Assembly: GCA_964016885.1 (NCBI GenBank) | Contig: OZ024762.1 | Coordinates: 20,708,001-20,772,000 of the forward strand | Source: Eledone cirrhosa | Lineage: Eukaryota | DNA length: 64,000 nucleotides | Reading direction: 5' to 3' | Shown: in pieces, positions 12,661 through 26,366 of the stretch | How the letters are laid out: each line of letters starts with the position of its first letter | How positions within the stretch are numbered: position 1 is the stretch's first letter | Position numbers and translations under genes: made by a program | Notes under the pieces: model-generated | What the model saw: the letters and a program-made list of their open reading frames with translations, nothing else | What the model was told of the DNA's origin: nothing | Database searches by the model: none

Positions 12661-13430
12661 TCCATCCACACCCAATTTTAACCTATGATTTCTCACCAGA
12701 CCCTTTGCATGCACAGGAATTCCAAATGTAAAGAAAATGGAATTTCTTTCTTTCTTTCTATCTTGTATCTATTTTCCTGTTCTTCCTTTTAAACATATCT
12801 GATTTGCAAGCTGTCTGCAGTAAATTTTAGCATATACGGCTCAGCTAAACTTTCTATTTCTAACAGCATTTTGTCAAGCTAAATTAATTGCACACCTGCA
12901 CAATTCTGTGAGAAATGGTCTCACCAGTACAGTATCGAAACCTGAGCTATGTACCAAACAGCTGCTCTCAGCCAAATTTTGCTTTCACTCTTTGCTTTAT
13001 TGATGACAGAGATCTTCAAAATTTTGCTATGTTCCATCAGTTACCTTGTCCAAACTCTTTCTTTAACGAGTCGCTTAATTGTTTTAACTGTCAAATATTT
13101 CATTGTTATTACTGCCTCTCTGTGGCATTACAAGTGAGCTAGCTTACCTGTGTGGTTAAGAGGTTTGATTCACAACCATATGGTTTTGAGTTCTCTTCCA
13201 ATACTCAGCCTCTTGGACTGGTGTTGTCTGCTTTAACCTTCTGTTGACCAATTCCTTGTGTATGAGAAACCCATAGACAGGGGAGAATGGGAAGCAGTTC
13301 TGGGAACTGAGTGATGTATCAATGAAGATAGAAGTGTCATTGAAACTGGAGGGAGGGAAAGGGGAAGGATGTGTGGGTGAGATGTGCCATGATGTATGGA
13401 AGTGTGACATGGCTGATGAATATTGAGTGC

Positions 13431-13975
13431 CACACCACCACAGTACATTGTACCACACCACACCATACTGCACCACACCGTACTACACCACACTACATCA
13501 CACCATACTATACCACACCACCCCACACTTCATCACATTATACCACACCACACTATACTACACAACACCACACCATACTATACTACACCACACCATACCA
13601 TACTACACCACACCATACCATACTACACCACACCACCCCATACCATACTACACCACACCATATCATACCACACCACACCATACCATACTACACCACACCA
13701 CACCATACTACACCACGACAGTACACCCCACCACACCATACTACACTACATCACACCGGTCTAGACTACACAACACAACTCACCACACACACCACTACAA
13801 CACATTACATTATACCACTGCACCACACCTCAACTCACTACATTATACCACGTCACAAATTACGCTACACTACACTGCACCACATTACACTACACCTAAC
13901 TGTACCACATTACACTACACCTCACTGTAACACACTATACTACATCACACACTACACAACACCGCACGACACCAC
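13431..13975. repeat. (CACCA/CACTA/TACCA)n pentanucleotide repeat
   Basis: 5-bp periodicity visible directly. Confidence 0.9.
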
Positions 13976-14734
13976 ATTAAATTTATGTCAAAGGAAGTTA
14001 GGAACTCTCTAATGTAAGGGAGATTACTCTAATCGCTTATTCTGTCTGTCATTTTCACATTGTAAACTAGTCGATCGATATGTTGGTGAAGTTGATCAAA
14101 ATTTATTGATCACCAGGTCTTTTTTCCTGATATTTTCCTTTGAAAAAAATGGCTGCATAGCATTCTATGAAAGCTGCCAAGTATTGACAATTTAATCGAT
14201 GAATTAATAGCTGATAAGAATATTTTCCTTTTATATATATGTTTGTGGTTTATATATAATTGTCCCTTATTTAATATATTTTTTGAGAGCCCGTGTTTTT
14301 TAAAAAATTATTATGTAATTAATTAGCAAGCTCACACACGCAACGTTATTTTCAACACAAATGACTACATCACATTAAAAAACAAAATTCTTTACTGCGG
14401 TACTGTTAATTTTTACAACGACCTGTTCATTAGTAAAGATATTATAAATATTTGAATAAACAAACATTTTATTAAGTATTTGCTGTTCAATAATTTCAAG
14501 GTATTGTTGCAATATAAAAGAAGAAAATCTATAGAGAAAAAACACACCTAACACAAAGGAATAGAGAGATATAGAAAAAAATAATTCTTTTTAACATTGA
14601 CACAAGGTCAGCGATTTAGGGGAAGGGGGAAGTAGATTATATTGATCACCGTTCATAACTGGCATTAGATTTTATAGATCCCGAAAGGATGAAAGGCAAT
14701 GTTGATCTCGACAGATTTGAACTTATTGCTAAGT

Positions 14735-15060
14735 CGCTCCATGTAGAGCTGCTACTTCTCCGAATTGAGAGATCACAGCTACAATACTGTGGGCATGCAG
14801 TTAGAATATCTCAGAATATCGTAGAATGTCTCGCTGGACAAATTTTATAGGCAAAAGCAACTGGCAGGAGACTCAGGGTTAGACCCCGAGCAAGATGGTT
14901 GGATAACATCCATAAGCTTGGCTGGTCTCGCTTGGGCAATCCAGCCAGATCAGTTGGAGATAGTTGCTTCTGATAGGACCCGCTAGAGGAAGTATTTAAG
15001 GACTCTGTCCCCATGACCCTCTCAGGAATAAGTGAGCAAAGAAGATAAAGTAGAAGAGTA
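14735..15060 (+). mobile_element. Degenerate RTE 3' fragment
   Basis: ELLLLRIERSQLQYCGHAVRISQ..RPRARWLDNIHKLGWSRLG with stops; related to 17290-17680. Confidence 0.65.
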
Positions 15061-16529
15061 TAGAAAGCTGGTACAAATACTGCAAAGCTTTCTCACTGAC
15101 ATTCTAACAACTCTGCTAATTTGTCAACTTTTTAATCAAATATATTCTGTCCCAAAATTTGCGATCATGTGTCAATGGGGAAAAAGAAAAGCGGCAGAGC
15201 AATACATCCAATTCTAAATGTATTTATGTCTACAGAGATTGTGTATACAAAGCCGATCTCTCAGACTTTTATGAAGGGCTGAAGGGATATATTTTATATA
15301 AAGAATGGTGAACTCATGCATGAAGATGCTATAAAATAGCTTATAAAACTGCAACGACCCTTAAAGACAGAAAAAGAAGTTGCCATCGGCTGTTCCATCT
15401 TTAGGGGTCATCACCCTGTATTATAATTTTAAAGAATCTCCATACCAGACATGTCAACTTTCCCTGTCCAACAACGAGATCTCCCACCCACTTTGGTGTG
15501 GGCAGGAGATATCTTCTCTTGTGAAAATGGGTATAGCTTCCCCATTTTGCCTCATTTCTCGCCATTTTAGGGCATTTTTTCCATGGTACTCCCTGTTTGG
15601 GTTTTTAGAGGTTGGCAACTCTGCTGTGCATGTGCACACACCATTATTTATTTAGGTCGATAAAATAAAGTACCAGTAATGCACTGGGATAATTGATGGC
15701 CTTGTGCCAAAAGTAGAAACAATTATTTATTTATGTTTGTTTTCACTGATTTTTAATTCCACCAGTACTGGAAGACACAGAGCATGACTGAGTGTTTAAC
15801 ATAGAGGTCCCAGGTTCGATCCCACTGCATGACATCTTGAGCAAGTTTCTTTATTTTCATCGTGGATCGACTCAAACTAGGTGAGAAAAAATAGGTAGAC
15901 AGAAACTGTGGAAGTCATCATCATCATCATCATCATCATCATCACCGTTTTACGTCCGTTCTTCCACGTTAGCATGGGTTAATTTCTACAGCTGGATGCC
16001 CTTCCTAACACCAACCTCATTTACAGTGAGTACTGGGTGCTTTTTCGTGGCGCCTACACGTCCACTTTACAGTGTGGGCTGGGTGCTTTTTTGCCATGGC
16101 ACCTCCACGACCACCTTGCGGGGGGTGGGGTGGGGGGGCATATTGTCTATGTGCTTCAGCTTGTACCCATGGGAGGTCGGGTACTCTGTATTACTGTGTG
16201 ACGCCAGTAGAAGGATTATTACCTAAATTAGAAATCATTATTATGGTAGTGGATTGGCAATATTGGTAGAGCACCGGACAATATGCTTTGTGGCATATAG
16301 TTACGTCCCTGTGTGTTCCGAGTTCAAATCCCACCAAGGTTAGCTTTGCCTTTCATCCTTACAGGGTGGAGAAAATAACGTACCAGTAATGCACTGGGGA
16401 AGATTTAATTGACTTTCCCTCCCCGAAAATTGTTGGCCTTGTGCCTAAATCAGAAACCATTATTAGGGCAGGAGATTGGCAGTAATTGGTAGAGCATCGG
16501 ACAATATGTTATGTGGTATATAGTTACAT

Positions 16530-16555
16530 GCCTACTACTACTGCTACTGTTGCTG

Positions 16556-16595
<40 letters not shown>

Positions 16596-16790
16596 AACTA
16601 CCATTTACCATTACTACTACTACTACTACTGCTACTGTTGCTGCTGCTACTACTACTACTACTACTACTATTACTACTACTACTACAACTACCATTTACC
16701 ATTACTACTACTACTACTGCTAATGCTGCTGCTATTAGTACTAATACTACTACTACCACTTACCACCACTACTACTACTACTACTACTTG
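16530..16790. repeat. (ACT)n-based trinucleotide repeat
   Basis: Direct inspection. Confidence 0.95.
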
Positions 16791-17289
16791 CATCTACCAT
16801 TATTTATTGTCTTAAAAACACAACCATTAACAACCACAACAACAACAATCTATTTACAGAAGAGCAGATTTTTACGATGAGTAAAAATCAAAAAATAATA
16901 ATAATAATGAAATATGATAAATAAACAAAATTAAAAATAAAACTACAATATTAATATTGATTGCAGAATATTGTGTTGGTTATATTTCTCTTCACACCGA
17001 CCGATTGTCAGAATATGGAATGGTATTGATGAAATTTCAAAAATGTATTTTTGGAAAACTTTCAAACCCCATAATCTGCTTCTAGCAACAGATTCCAATT
17101 TTTGACAATTAACTTTGACATTTAGAAGGAAAAATATGGAAAAAAAGACTTTTGTTTTTGTTTTCCCTTGTTTTGTTTGTTTTGGTTTTTTTAATTTATT
17201 TATTATATTATTTAGCATCCATCCTTACAGGGTCGCTAAAATAAAGCACCAGTAATGCACTGGGGTTGATTTAATCAGAATTATTGGCT

Positions 17290-17680
17290 TCTTTTTCTTC
17301 CTATCCTTCACCCATTTATTCCTGAGAGGGTCATGGAGCAGTGTCCTCAAAGAACTCCCTCCAGTGAGTCCTGTCAGTAGTAATTGTGTCCAACTGATTC
17401 GACTGGATCCCCCCCAAGCAAGACCAGGCAAGCTCATGGATGCTGTTATACAACCATCTCCCTCTGGATCTACCCCTGGGATCTTGCCAGTTGGTTTTGT
17501 CCGTAAAATCTGTCCAGCAATTCTTTCCTGAGACATTCTAACCACATTCCCATAGAATCGGAGTTGTGATCTCTCAATTCAGAGAAGTAATGGCTCTACT
17601 TGAGGTCACTCTCTGATCTCTGAGCTATGCACTTTATCAAGTAATTTTACTCCAAAGACTCTTTGGAGGAACCCAAAGTA
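17290..17680 (-). mobile_element. Degenerate RTE 3' fragment
   Basis: MVRMSQERIAGQILRTKPTGKIPG..PEG motif, frameshifted, within track ORF 17225..17545. Confidence 0.65.
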
Positions 17681-17808
17681 TCGGAGGTGTGATCGCTCAA
17701 TTCAGAGAAGTAATGGCTCTACCTGGAGTGACTCTCTGATCTCTGAAATGTTACTCGAAACTATTGGCCTTGTGCCTAAATCAGAAACTATTATTATTAT
17801 TAGTAGTA

Positions 17809-18000
17809 GGGCGGTGAATTGGCAGTATCGGTAGAGGGCCGGATGCCTTGCTTTGACACATAGAGTTACGGCCCTTGCCATTCTGAGTTCAAATCCCGCC
17901 GAGGTTAACTTTGCTTTTCATCCTTACGGGGTCGATAAAATAAAGTACCAGTAATGTACTGGGTAATTGATGGCCTTGTGCCAATAGTAGAAACAATTAT
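17809..18000 (+). mobile_element. tRNA-derived SINE family 1, full length; a second copy follows at 18010-18235
   Basis: Same head, core and tail as 5106. Confidence 0.85.
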
Positions 18001-18394
18001 TATTAGTAGTAGGGTGGTGGATTGCCAGTATCGGTTGAGTGTCAAACAGCGTGCTTTATGGCATTGAGTTATGGCTCTTTACATTCTGAGTTCAAATCCT
18101 GCTGAGTTTAGCTTTGCCTTTCATCCTTATGGGGTCGATAAAATAAAGCACCAGTAATGTACTGTGGTCCATTTGATAAACTTTCCCTCTCCATCTAAAA
18201 TTGCTGGCCTTGTGCCTAAATCAGAAACCCTTATTATTATCATCCATCCTTACGAGATCGACAAAATAAAGCACCAGGCAAAGTTGACTTCAGCAGGATT
18301 TGAACTCAGGGAGCTGAGAGCCAGAAGTAATACCACAAAGCATTCTATCCAACATTCTAATAACTTTGCCAATTTGCTGCCATTAGAACATTTT

Positions 18395-19109
18395 AATAAT
18401 AATAATAATAATAATGAAATTATTGTGTAAAGTGCTCAGGTGCACTACAACTCGTCAATATAGTACATAGAATAATACACAAATGTCAGGGAAGTACATG
18501 TGTGTATGTGTTAGCTGTAGTGTTGGCGGATCTCGGGAAGCATGGAGGCCTTAAAGGATGCAGTGTCTCGACAGCTAACAACTGATGCAGCTAGTTTGTT
18601 CCATGGAGGTTTTAAAGGATGCAGTGTCTCGACAGCTAACAACTGATGCAGCTAGTTTGTTCCATGGAGGTTTTAAAGGATGCAGTATCTCGACAGCTAA
18701 CAACTGATGCAGGTAGTTTGTTCCATGGAGGTTTTAAAGGATGCAGTGTCTCGACAGCTAACAACTGATGCAGCTAGTTTGTTCCATGGAGGTTTTAAAG
18801 GATGCAGTGTCTCGACAGCTAACAACTAATGCAGGTAGTTTGTTACATGGAGGTTTTATAGGATGCAGTGACTCAACAGCTAACAACTGATGCAGGTAGT
18901 TTGTTCCATGGAGGCCTTAAAGGATGCAGTGTCTCGACAGCTAACAACTGATGCAGCTAGTTTGTTCCATGGAGGTTTTAAAGGATGCAGTGTCTCGACA
19001 GCTAACAACTGATGCAGCTAGTTTGTTCCATGGAGGTTTTAAAGGATGCAGTATCTCGACAGCTAACAACTGATGCAGGTAGTTTGTTCCATGCTTCAGC
19101 AACTCTGAG
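18395..19109 (-). mobile_element. CR1/L2-type LINE 3' end carrying an internal 9 x 61-bp tandem array (18541-19089)
   Basis: Minus strand encodes RVAEAWNKLPASVVSCRDTASFKTSM (CR1-like C-terminal WNxLP motif) and ends in a (TTA)n tail. Monomeric copy at 36688-36930 (+) and a tail-only copy at 5848-6050. Confidence 0.8.
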
Positions 19110-19469
19110 CAGCCAAAACGATGACTTGACAATGTCAATTTATGGACTAGACTTATGCTGGTGATCGAACTTTGTGGAGAGAAATATCTCATGTTAATGT
19201 GCAATCTGCAACTGGTGGAGATTGGCATAAAAAAAAATGTTGAAGTGGGCAGACTATCAAAGTATCGGCCACTTTCTGATAGATTTGTGACAGGGGAGAC
19301 TACCGCCATTCTCGGCCCCTAGATGCATCGCTACACACTGCTTTTGGAGCAGAGTTGGCTACACACAAGTGAAAGCCCTGCGAGGTGGAGTAGTTGCTCC
19401 AGCATGTATCCATCACCATCCTACAGCAGCAATGTCCTCTATATCCTGTCCACAAAGACCATGAGGCTG

Positions 19470-20268
19470 ATTAACTCACCATCCTCTGGGGGTAATGTCC
19501 TCTCCATCCTGTCCACCAGGAACATGAGGCTGACCAAGGACCATGACTGTGACTAACTCACCATCCTCAAAGGGTAATGTCCTCTCCATCCTGTCCACCA
19601 GGAACATGAGGCTGACCAAGGACCATGACTGTGACTAACTCACCATCCTCTGGGGGTAATGTCCTCTCCATCCTGTCCACCAGGAACATGAGGCTGACCA
19701 AGGACCATGACTGTGACTAACTCACCATCCTCAAGGGGTAATGTCCTCTCCATCCTGTCCACCAGGAACATGAGGCTGACCAAGGACCATGACTGTGACT
19801 AACTCACCATCCTCAAGGGGTAATGTCCTCTCCATCCTGTCCACCAGGAACATGAGGCTGACCAAGGACCATGACTGTGACTAACTCACTATCCTCAAGG
19901 GGTAATGTCCTCTCCATCCTGTCCACCAGGAACATGAGGCTGACCAAGGACCATGACTGTGACTAACTCACCATCCTCAAGGGGTAATGTCCTCTCCATC
20001 CTGTCCACCAGGAACATGAGGCTGACCAAGGACCATGACTGTGACTAACTCACCATCCTCAAGGGGTAATGTCCTCTCCATCCTGTCCACCAGGAACATG
20101 AGGCTGACCAAGGACCATGACTGTGACTAACTCACCATCCTCAAAGGGTAATGTCCTCTCCATCCTGTCCACCAGGAACATGAGGCTGACCAAGGACCAT
20201 GACTGTGACTAACTCACCATCCTCAAGGGGTAATGTCCTCTCCATCCTGTCCACCAGGAACATGAGGC
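19470..20268 (+). repeat. 82-bp tandem repeat, about 9.7 near-identical copies
   Basis: Unit ACTAACTCACCATCCTCAAGGGGTAATGTCCTCTCCATCCTGTCCACCAGGAACATGAGGCTGACCAAGGACCATGACTGTG at 19552, 19634, 19716 and onward. Confidence 0.95.
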
Positions 20269-20278
20269 AGACTGACAT

Positions 20279-20506
20279 TTAACTCTTTAGCATTCACATT
20301 ACTCTATATATACTATTATATTTTCATGGTAAAGGCTTTACCTCGCATAATTATCTCACATAATATCGAATCTAGGAGATTTTGAAAGTATTTATTTTGA
20401 GAACAACAATACCTTATCAGTTTGAGTGACCGGTTACAGCCAGTTTCAACAGAAAGAGCTAGAGAATTCTGGCTGGTTTTGGCCGGTTTGAACATTAAAG
20501 GGTTAA
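20279..20506. mobile_element. TTAA-bounded MITE of about 230 bp (piggyBac-like ends)
   Basis: TTAA-CTCTTT...AAAGGG-TTAA; homologous to 32884 and 39158. Confidence 0.75.
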
Positions 20507-20584
20507 TCACACCCAGCCATCTGATTCAGAGCCTGCAGTAGGGGTCACTTTCAACCTGAGCCCCACACATACTTCCACTTCTTT

Positions 20585-23500
20585 TTGTATCTACTGTTGT
20601 TGTTACTGTTGTGTTGTTCGTACTGTAGTTGTTGTATTGTTACTGTTGGGTTGTTAGTGTTGTTAATGTTGTGTTGTTACTGTTGTGTTGTTAGTGTTGT
20701 GTCGTTCATACAACAGTTGTTGTGTTGTTACTGTGTCACTGTTGTGTTTTTACTATTGTTACTGTTGTATTGTTACTGTTGTGTCGTTCATACAACAGTT
20801 GTTGTGTTGTTACTGTGTCACTGTTGTGTTGTTACTATTGTTACTGTTGTGTTGTTACTGTTGTATTGTTACTGTTGTTACTGTGTCACTGTTGTATTGT
20901 TACTATTGTTACTGTTGTGTTGTTACTATTGTTACTGTTGTGTTGTTACTGTTGTATTGTTCATACAAGAGTTGTTGTGTTGTTACTGTGTCACTGTTGT
21001 GTTGTTACTATTGTTACTGTTGTGTTGTTACTGTTGTATTGTTACTGTTGTTACTGTTGTGTTGTACATACAAGAGCTGTTGTGTTGTTACTGTGTCACT
21101 GTTGTGTTGGTGTACCTGCTGCAGTTGTTATTGTACCTGCTGCAGTTGTAGTTGTACCTGCTGCAGTTGTTATTGTACCTGCTGCAGTTGTTATTGTACC
21201 TGCTGCAGTTGTAGTTGTACCTGCTGTAGTTGTTATTGTACCTGCTGCAGTTGTAGTTGTACCTGCTGCAGTTATAGTTGTACCTGCTGAAGTTGTTAGT
21301 GTACCTGCAGCAGTTATTGTACCTGCTGCAGTTGTAGTGTTGTTGCTGCAGTATAGTGCAACTATTATCACCACAGTTGGCTTCATTCTTGTCACTTTTG
21401 CTGCATCAATTATTGCAGTTGTTCACTGACTGCTGCTGCACAATTTACTTCCCTCTATCTCACTCATCTTGTTTCTGCACCTCTTCATATCTTTATAGTC
21501 ACATTCAGCAGCCATTTACCTAACCACATGTTGTTGTTGTTGTTGGGTGGTATGGTGGTGGTGGTGGTGGTGGTGATAGTGATGGTGGTGGTGGTGGTGG
21601 TCTTGGTGGTGGTGGTGGTGGTGGTGGTGGTGGTGGTGGTGGTGGTCTTGGTGGTGGTCTTGGTGGTGGTGGTGGTCTTGGTGGTGGTCTTGGTGGTGGT
21701 GGTGATGGTGGTGGTGGTGGTGGTCTTGGTGGTGGTGGTGGTGGTGGTCTTGGTGGTGGTGGTGGTAGTGATGGTGGTGGTGGTGGTGGTGGTGATGGTC
21801 TTGGTGGTGGTGGTGGTAGTGATGGTGGTGGTGGTGATGGTGGTCTTGGTGGTGGTAGTGGTGGTGGTGGTGGAGGTAGTGATGGTGGTGGTGGTGGTGG
21901 TCTTGGTGGTGGTCTTGGTGGTGGTAGTGATGGTGGTGGTGGTCTTGGTGGTGGTGGTGGTAGTGATGGTGGTGGTGGTGGTGGTCTTGGTGGTGGTGGT
22001 GGTATTGGTGGTGGTGGTGGAGGTATTGGTGGTGGTGGTGGTGGTGGAGGTATTGGTGGTGGTGGTGGAGGTATTGGTGGTGGTGGTGGTGGTGGTGGTA
22101 TTGGTGGTGGTGGTGGTGGTATTGGTGGTGGTGGTGGAGGTATTGGTGGTGGTGGTGGTGGTGGTATTGGTGGTGGTGGTGGAGGTATTGGTGGTGGTGG
22201 TGGTGGTGGTAGTATTGGTGGTGGAGGTATTGGTGGTGGTGGTGGTGGTATTGGTGGTGGTGGTGGAGGTATTGGTGGTGGTGGTGGAGGTATTGGTGCT
22301 GGTGGTGGTGGTATTGGTGGTGGTGGTGGAGGTATTGGTGGTGGTGGTGGTAGTGATGGTGGTGGTGGTGGTGGTCTTGGTGGTGGTGGTGGTATTGGTG
22401 GTGGTGGTGGTGGTATTGGTGGTGGTGGTGGAGGTATTGGTGGTGGTGGTGGTGGTGGAGGTATTGGTGCTGGTGGTGGTGGAGGTATTGGTGCTGGTGG
22501 TGGTGGAGGTATTGGCGGTGGTGGTGTTCGTGTTGTTGTTGTTGTTGTTGTTAATGTTGTTGTTAATGATGCTGTTGTTGCTACTGCAATTATTGCTGCT
22601 GCTGCTGTTGTGATTATTGTTGTTATTGCTGCTGTAGTGATTACTGTTGCTGCTGTTGTGTCTATAACTGCTGCTGCTGTGTCTATAACTGCTGCTCCTG
22701 TGACTATTACTGCTGCTGATGTGTCTATAACTGCTGCTGTGTCTATTACTGCTGCTGCTGTGTCTATTACTGCTGCTGTTGTATCTATAACTGCTGCTGG
22801 TGTATCTATAACTGCTGCTGCTGTGTCTATAACTGCTGCTGTGTCTATTACTGCTGCTGCTGTGTCTATTACTGCTGCTGTTGTATCTATAACTGCTGCT
22901 GGTGTATCTATAACTGCTGCTGCTTGGTCTATTACTGCTGCTGCTGTGTCTATTATTGCTGCTGCTGTGTCTATTACTGCTGCTGGTGTTGTGGCTATTA
23001 TTACTGCTGCTGTGCCTATTACTGCTGCTGCTGTGTCTGTTACTGCTGCTGTTGTATCTATAACTGCTGTTGCTGCTGTGTCTATTACTGCTGCTGTTTC
23101 TATAACTGCTGCTGCTGTGTCTATTGCTGCTGCTGCTGTGTCTATTATTGCTGCTGGTGTTGTGTCTATTATTGCTGCTGCTAAATCTATTACTGCTGCT
23201 GAGTGTCTATTACTGCTGCTGCTGTGTCTATTACTGCTGCTGCTGTGTCTATTACTGCTGCTGCTGTATCTATTACTGCTGCTGCTGTGTCTATTACTGC
23301 TGTTGATTGGTTTATAACTGCTGCTGTGTCTATTACTGCTGCTGTTGTATCTATAACTGCTGTTGCTGCTGTGTCTATTATTGCTGCTGATTTATCTATT
23401 GCTGCTGCTGTGTCTATTACTGCTGCTGCTGTATCTATTACTGCTGGTACTGTGTCTATTATTGCTGCTGATTGGTCTATAACTGCTGTTGCTGTGTCTG

Positions 23501-24462
23501 TTACTGCTGCTGTGTATCTATAACAGCTGTTGCTGCTGTGTCTATTATTGCTGCTGATTTATCTATTGCTGCTGATTTATCTATTGCTGCTGCTGTTGTG
23601 TCTATTATTGCTGCTGGTGTTGTGTCTATTATTGCTGCTGCTAAATCTATTACTGCTGCTGAGTGTCTATTACTGCTGCTGCTGTGTCTATTACTGCTGC
23701 TGCTGTGTCTATTACTGCTGCTGCTGTGTCTATTACTGCTGCTGCTGTGTCTATTACTGCTGCTGCTGTGTCTATTACTGCTGTTGATTGGTTTATAACT
23801 GCTGCTGAGTGTCTATAACTGCTGCTGTGTCTATTACTGCTGCTGTTGTATCTATAACTGCTGTTGCTGCTGTGTCTATTATTGCTGCTGATTTATCTAT
23901 TGCTGCTGCTGTGTCTATTACTGCTGCTGCTGTATCTATTACTGCTGGTACAGTGTCTATTATTGCTGCTGATTGGTCTATAACTGCTGTTGCTGCTGTG
24001 TCTATAACTGCTGCTGCTGTGTCTGTTACTGCTGCTGTGTATCTATAACAGCTGTTGCTGCTGTGTCTATTATTGCTGCTGATTTATCTATTGCTGCTGC
24101 TGTGTCTATTACTGCTGCTGCTGTGTCTATTATTGCTGCTGGTGTATCTATAACTGCTGGTACTGTGTCTATTACTGCTGCTGATTGGTCTATAACTGCT
24201 GCTGCTTGGTCTATAACTGCTGCTGCTGTGTCTATTATTGCTGCTGATTGGTCTATAACTGCTGCTGCTGTGTCTATAACTGCTGCTGCTGTATCTATTA
24301 TTGCTGCTGATATGTCTATAACTGCTGCTGTGTCTATTACTGCTGACACTACTGCAATTATTGTTGCTATTGCTGCTGCTGTTGCTATTGCTGCTGTTGT
24401 GATTATTGCTGCTGCTGTTGTTACTGTGATTCTTACAACTGTTGTTACTGTGATTATTGTTG

Positions 24463-24499
<37 letters not shown>

Positions 24500-24529
24500 C
24501 GCTGCTGCTGCTGCTGCTACCGCTGCTTA

Positions 24530-24563
<34 letters not shown>

Positions 24564-25400
24564 GCTGCTGCAGCTGCTGCTCTGCTACTACTACTGCTGC
24601 TGCTGCTATTACTACTATTACTTCTACCACCACCACCACTACCCTACCACCACTACCACCACTACAACTACCACCACCACCACCACTACAACTACCACCA
24701 CCACCACCACCACTACAACTACCACCACCACCACCACTACAACTACCACCACCACCACCATTACCACCACCACCACCACCACCACCACTACAACTACCAC
24801 CACCACCACCACCACTACAACTACCACCACCACCACCACCACCACCACTACAACTACCACCACCACCACCACCACCACCACCACAACTACCACCACCACT
24901 ACAACTACCACCACCACCACTACAACTACCACCACCACCACCACTACAACTACCACCACCACCACCACTACAACTACCACCACCACCACCATTACCACCA
25001 CCACCACCATTACCACCACCACCACCACCACCACTACCCCACCACCACCACCACCACTACCCCACCACCACCACCACCACTACCCCACCACCACCACCAC
25101 CACCACCACCACCACCACTAGCCCACCGCCACCACCACCACCACCACCACTACCCCACCACCACCACCACCACCACCACTACCCCACCACCACCACCACC
25201 ACCACTACCCCACCACCACCACCACTACCCCACCACCACCACCACCACCACTACCCCACCACCACCACCACCACCACCACTACCCCACCACCACCACCAC
25301 CACCACCACTACCCCACCACCACCACCACCAGTACCCCCACCACCACCACCACCACCACCACTACCCCACCACCACCACCACCACTACAACTACCACCAC
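20585..25400. repeat. 4.8-kb compound low-complexity block: (GTT)-rich, (GGT)n, (TCTATTACTGCTGCTGCTGTG)n, (ACT)n and (ACC)n
   Basis: Direct inspection; the source of the poly-V/A/T/H pseudo-ORFs. Confidence 0.95.
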
Positions 25401-25703
25401 CAGTGTTATAATGGCTGATACTGGTAACTTGTATGATTGCAGCATCTACCGCATCTCTCTCTATCTCTCTCTCTACACCCCCCCTCTCTCTCACTCGCTC
25501 TACACCTCTCTCCCTCTCTCTCTCTCCACACCTCTCTCTACTCACTCTACCTTTCTCTCAGCCTTGACGCCCCCCCCCCTTGCTTTTAATCAACATCATC
25601 ATCATTATCATATGCCTCCCCTTCCATACTCACATGGGTTAGATGAGTGGTCATGGTCCAAATCACTTCCTTTTCCTTCTCTCTCTCTTTCTCTCTCTGT
25701 ATA

Positions 25704-25752
<49 letters not shown>

Positions 25753-25771
25753 ATGGGTGTGTATGTATATG

Positions 25772-25806
<35 letters not shown>

Positions 25807-25809
25807 ATG

Positions 25810-25859
<50 letters not shown>

Positions 25860-25918
25860 CATATATATATATATACATACATACATATAATATATATATA
25901 TATATGTGTGTGTATGTT

Positions 25919-25951
<33 letters not shown>

Positions 25952-25961
25952 TTATATATAC

Positions 25962-25996
<35 letters not shown>

Positions 25997-26003
25997 CATA
26001 TAA

Positions 26004-26076
<73 letters not shown>

Positions 26077-26366
26077 CATCACCATTTTACATTGATCTTC
26101 CATGCTGGCATAGGTGGAACAGGTCGTCACGGTCCGAAGCCAGACAGATCGGAAAGATTTCATCTTGCTCATACATTCCATATTGAGCATGGTTTCTATT
26201 GCTGGATGCCCTTCCTAACACAAGCCACCTTACAGAGTGTTCTAGGTGCATTTAGCATGGCAGCAACACTGCTATTTGCCATATTCACTTTTGGTATTGC
26301 TGTGGAGTAAGACTCAAGCTTAGTTTTAAGAGAGAAAGTATTAATATCTCTATTGTAGTATTCATT

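Noticed and set aside
20585-25890. Poly-Val/Ala/Thr/His ORFs resembling antifreeze or mucin proteins
   Set aside because: Trinucleotide and 18-21-bp repeats that are open in several frames, with no unique domains or splice support.
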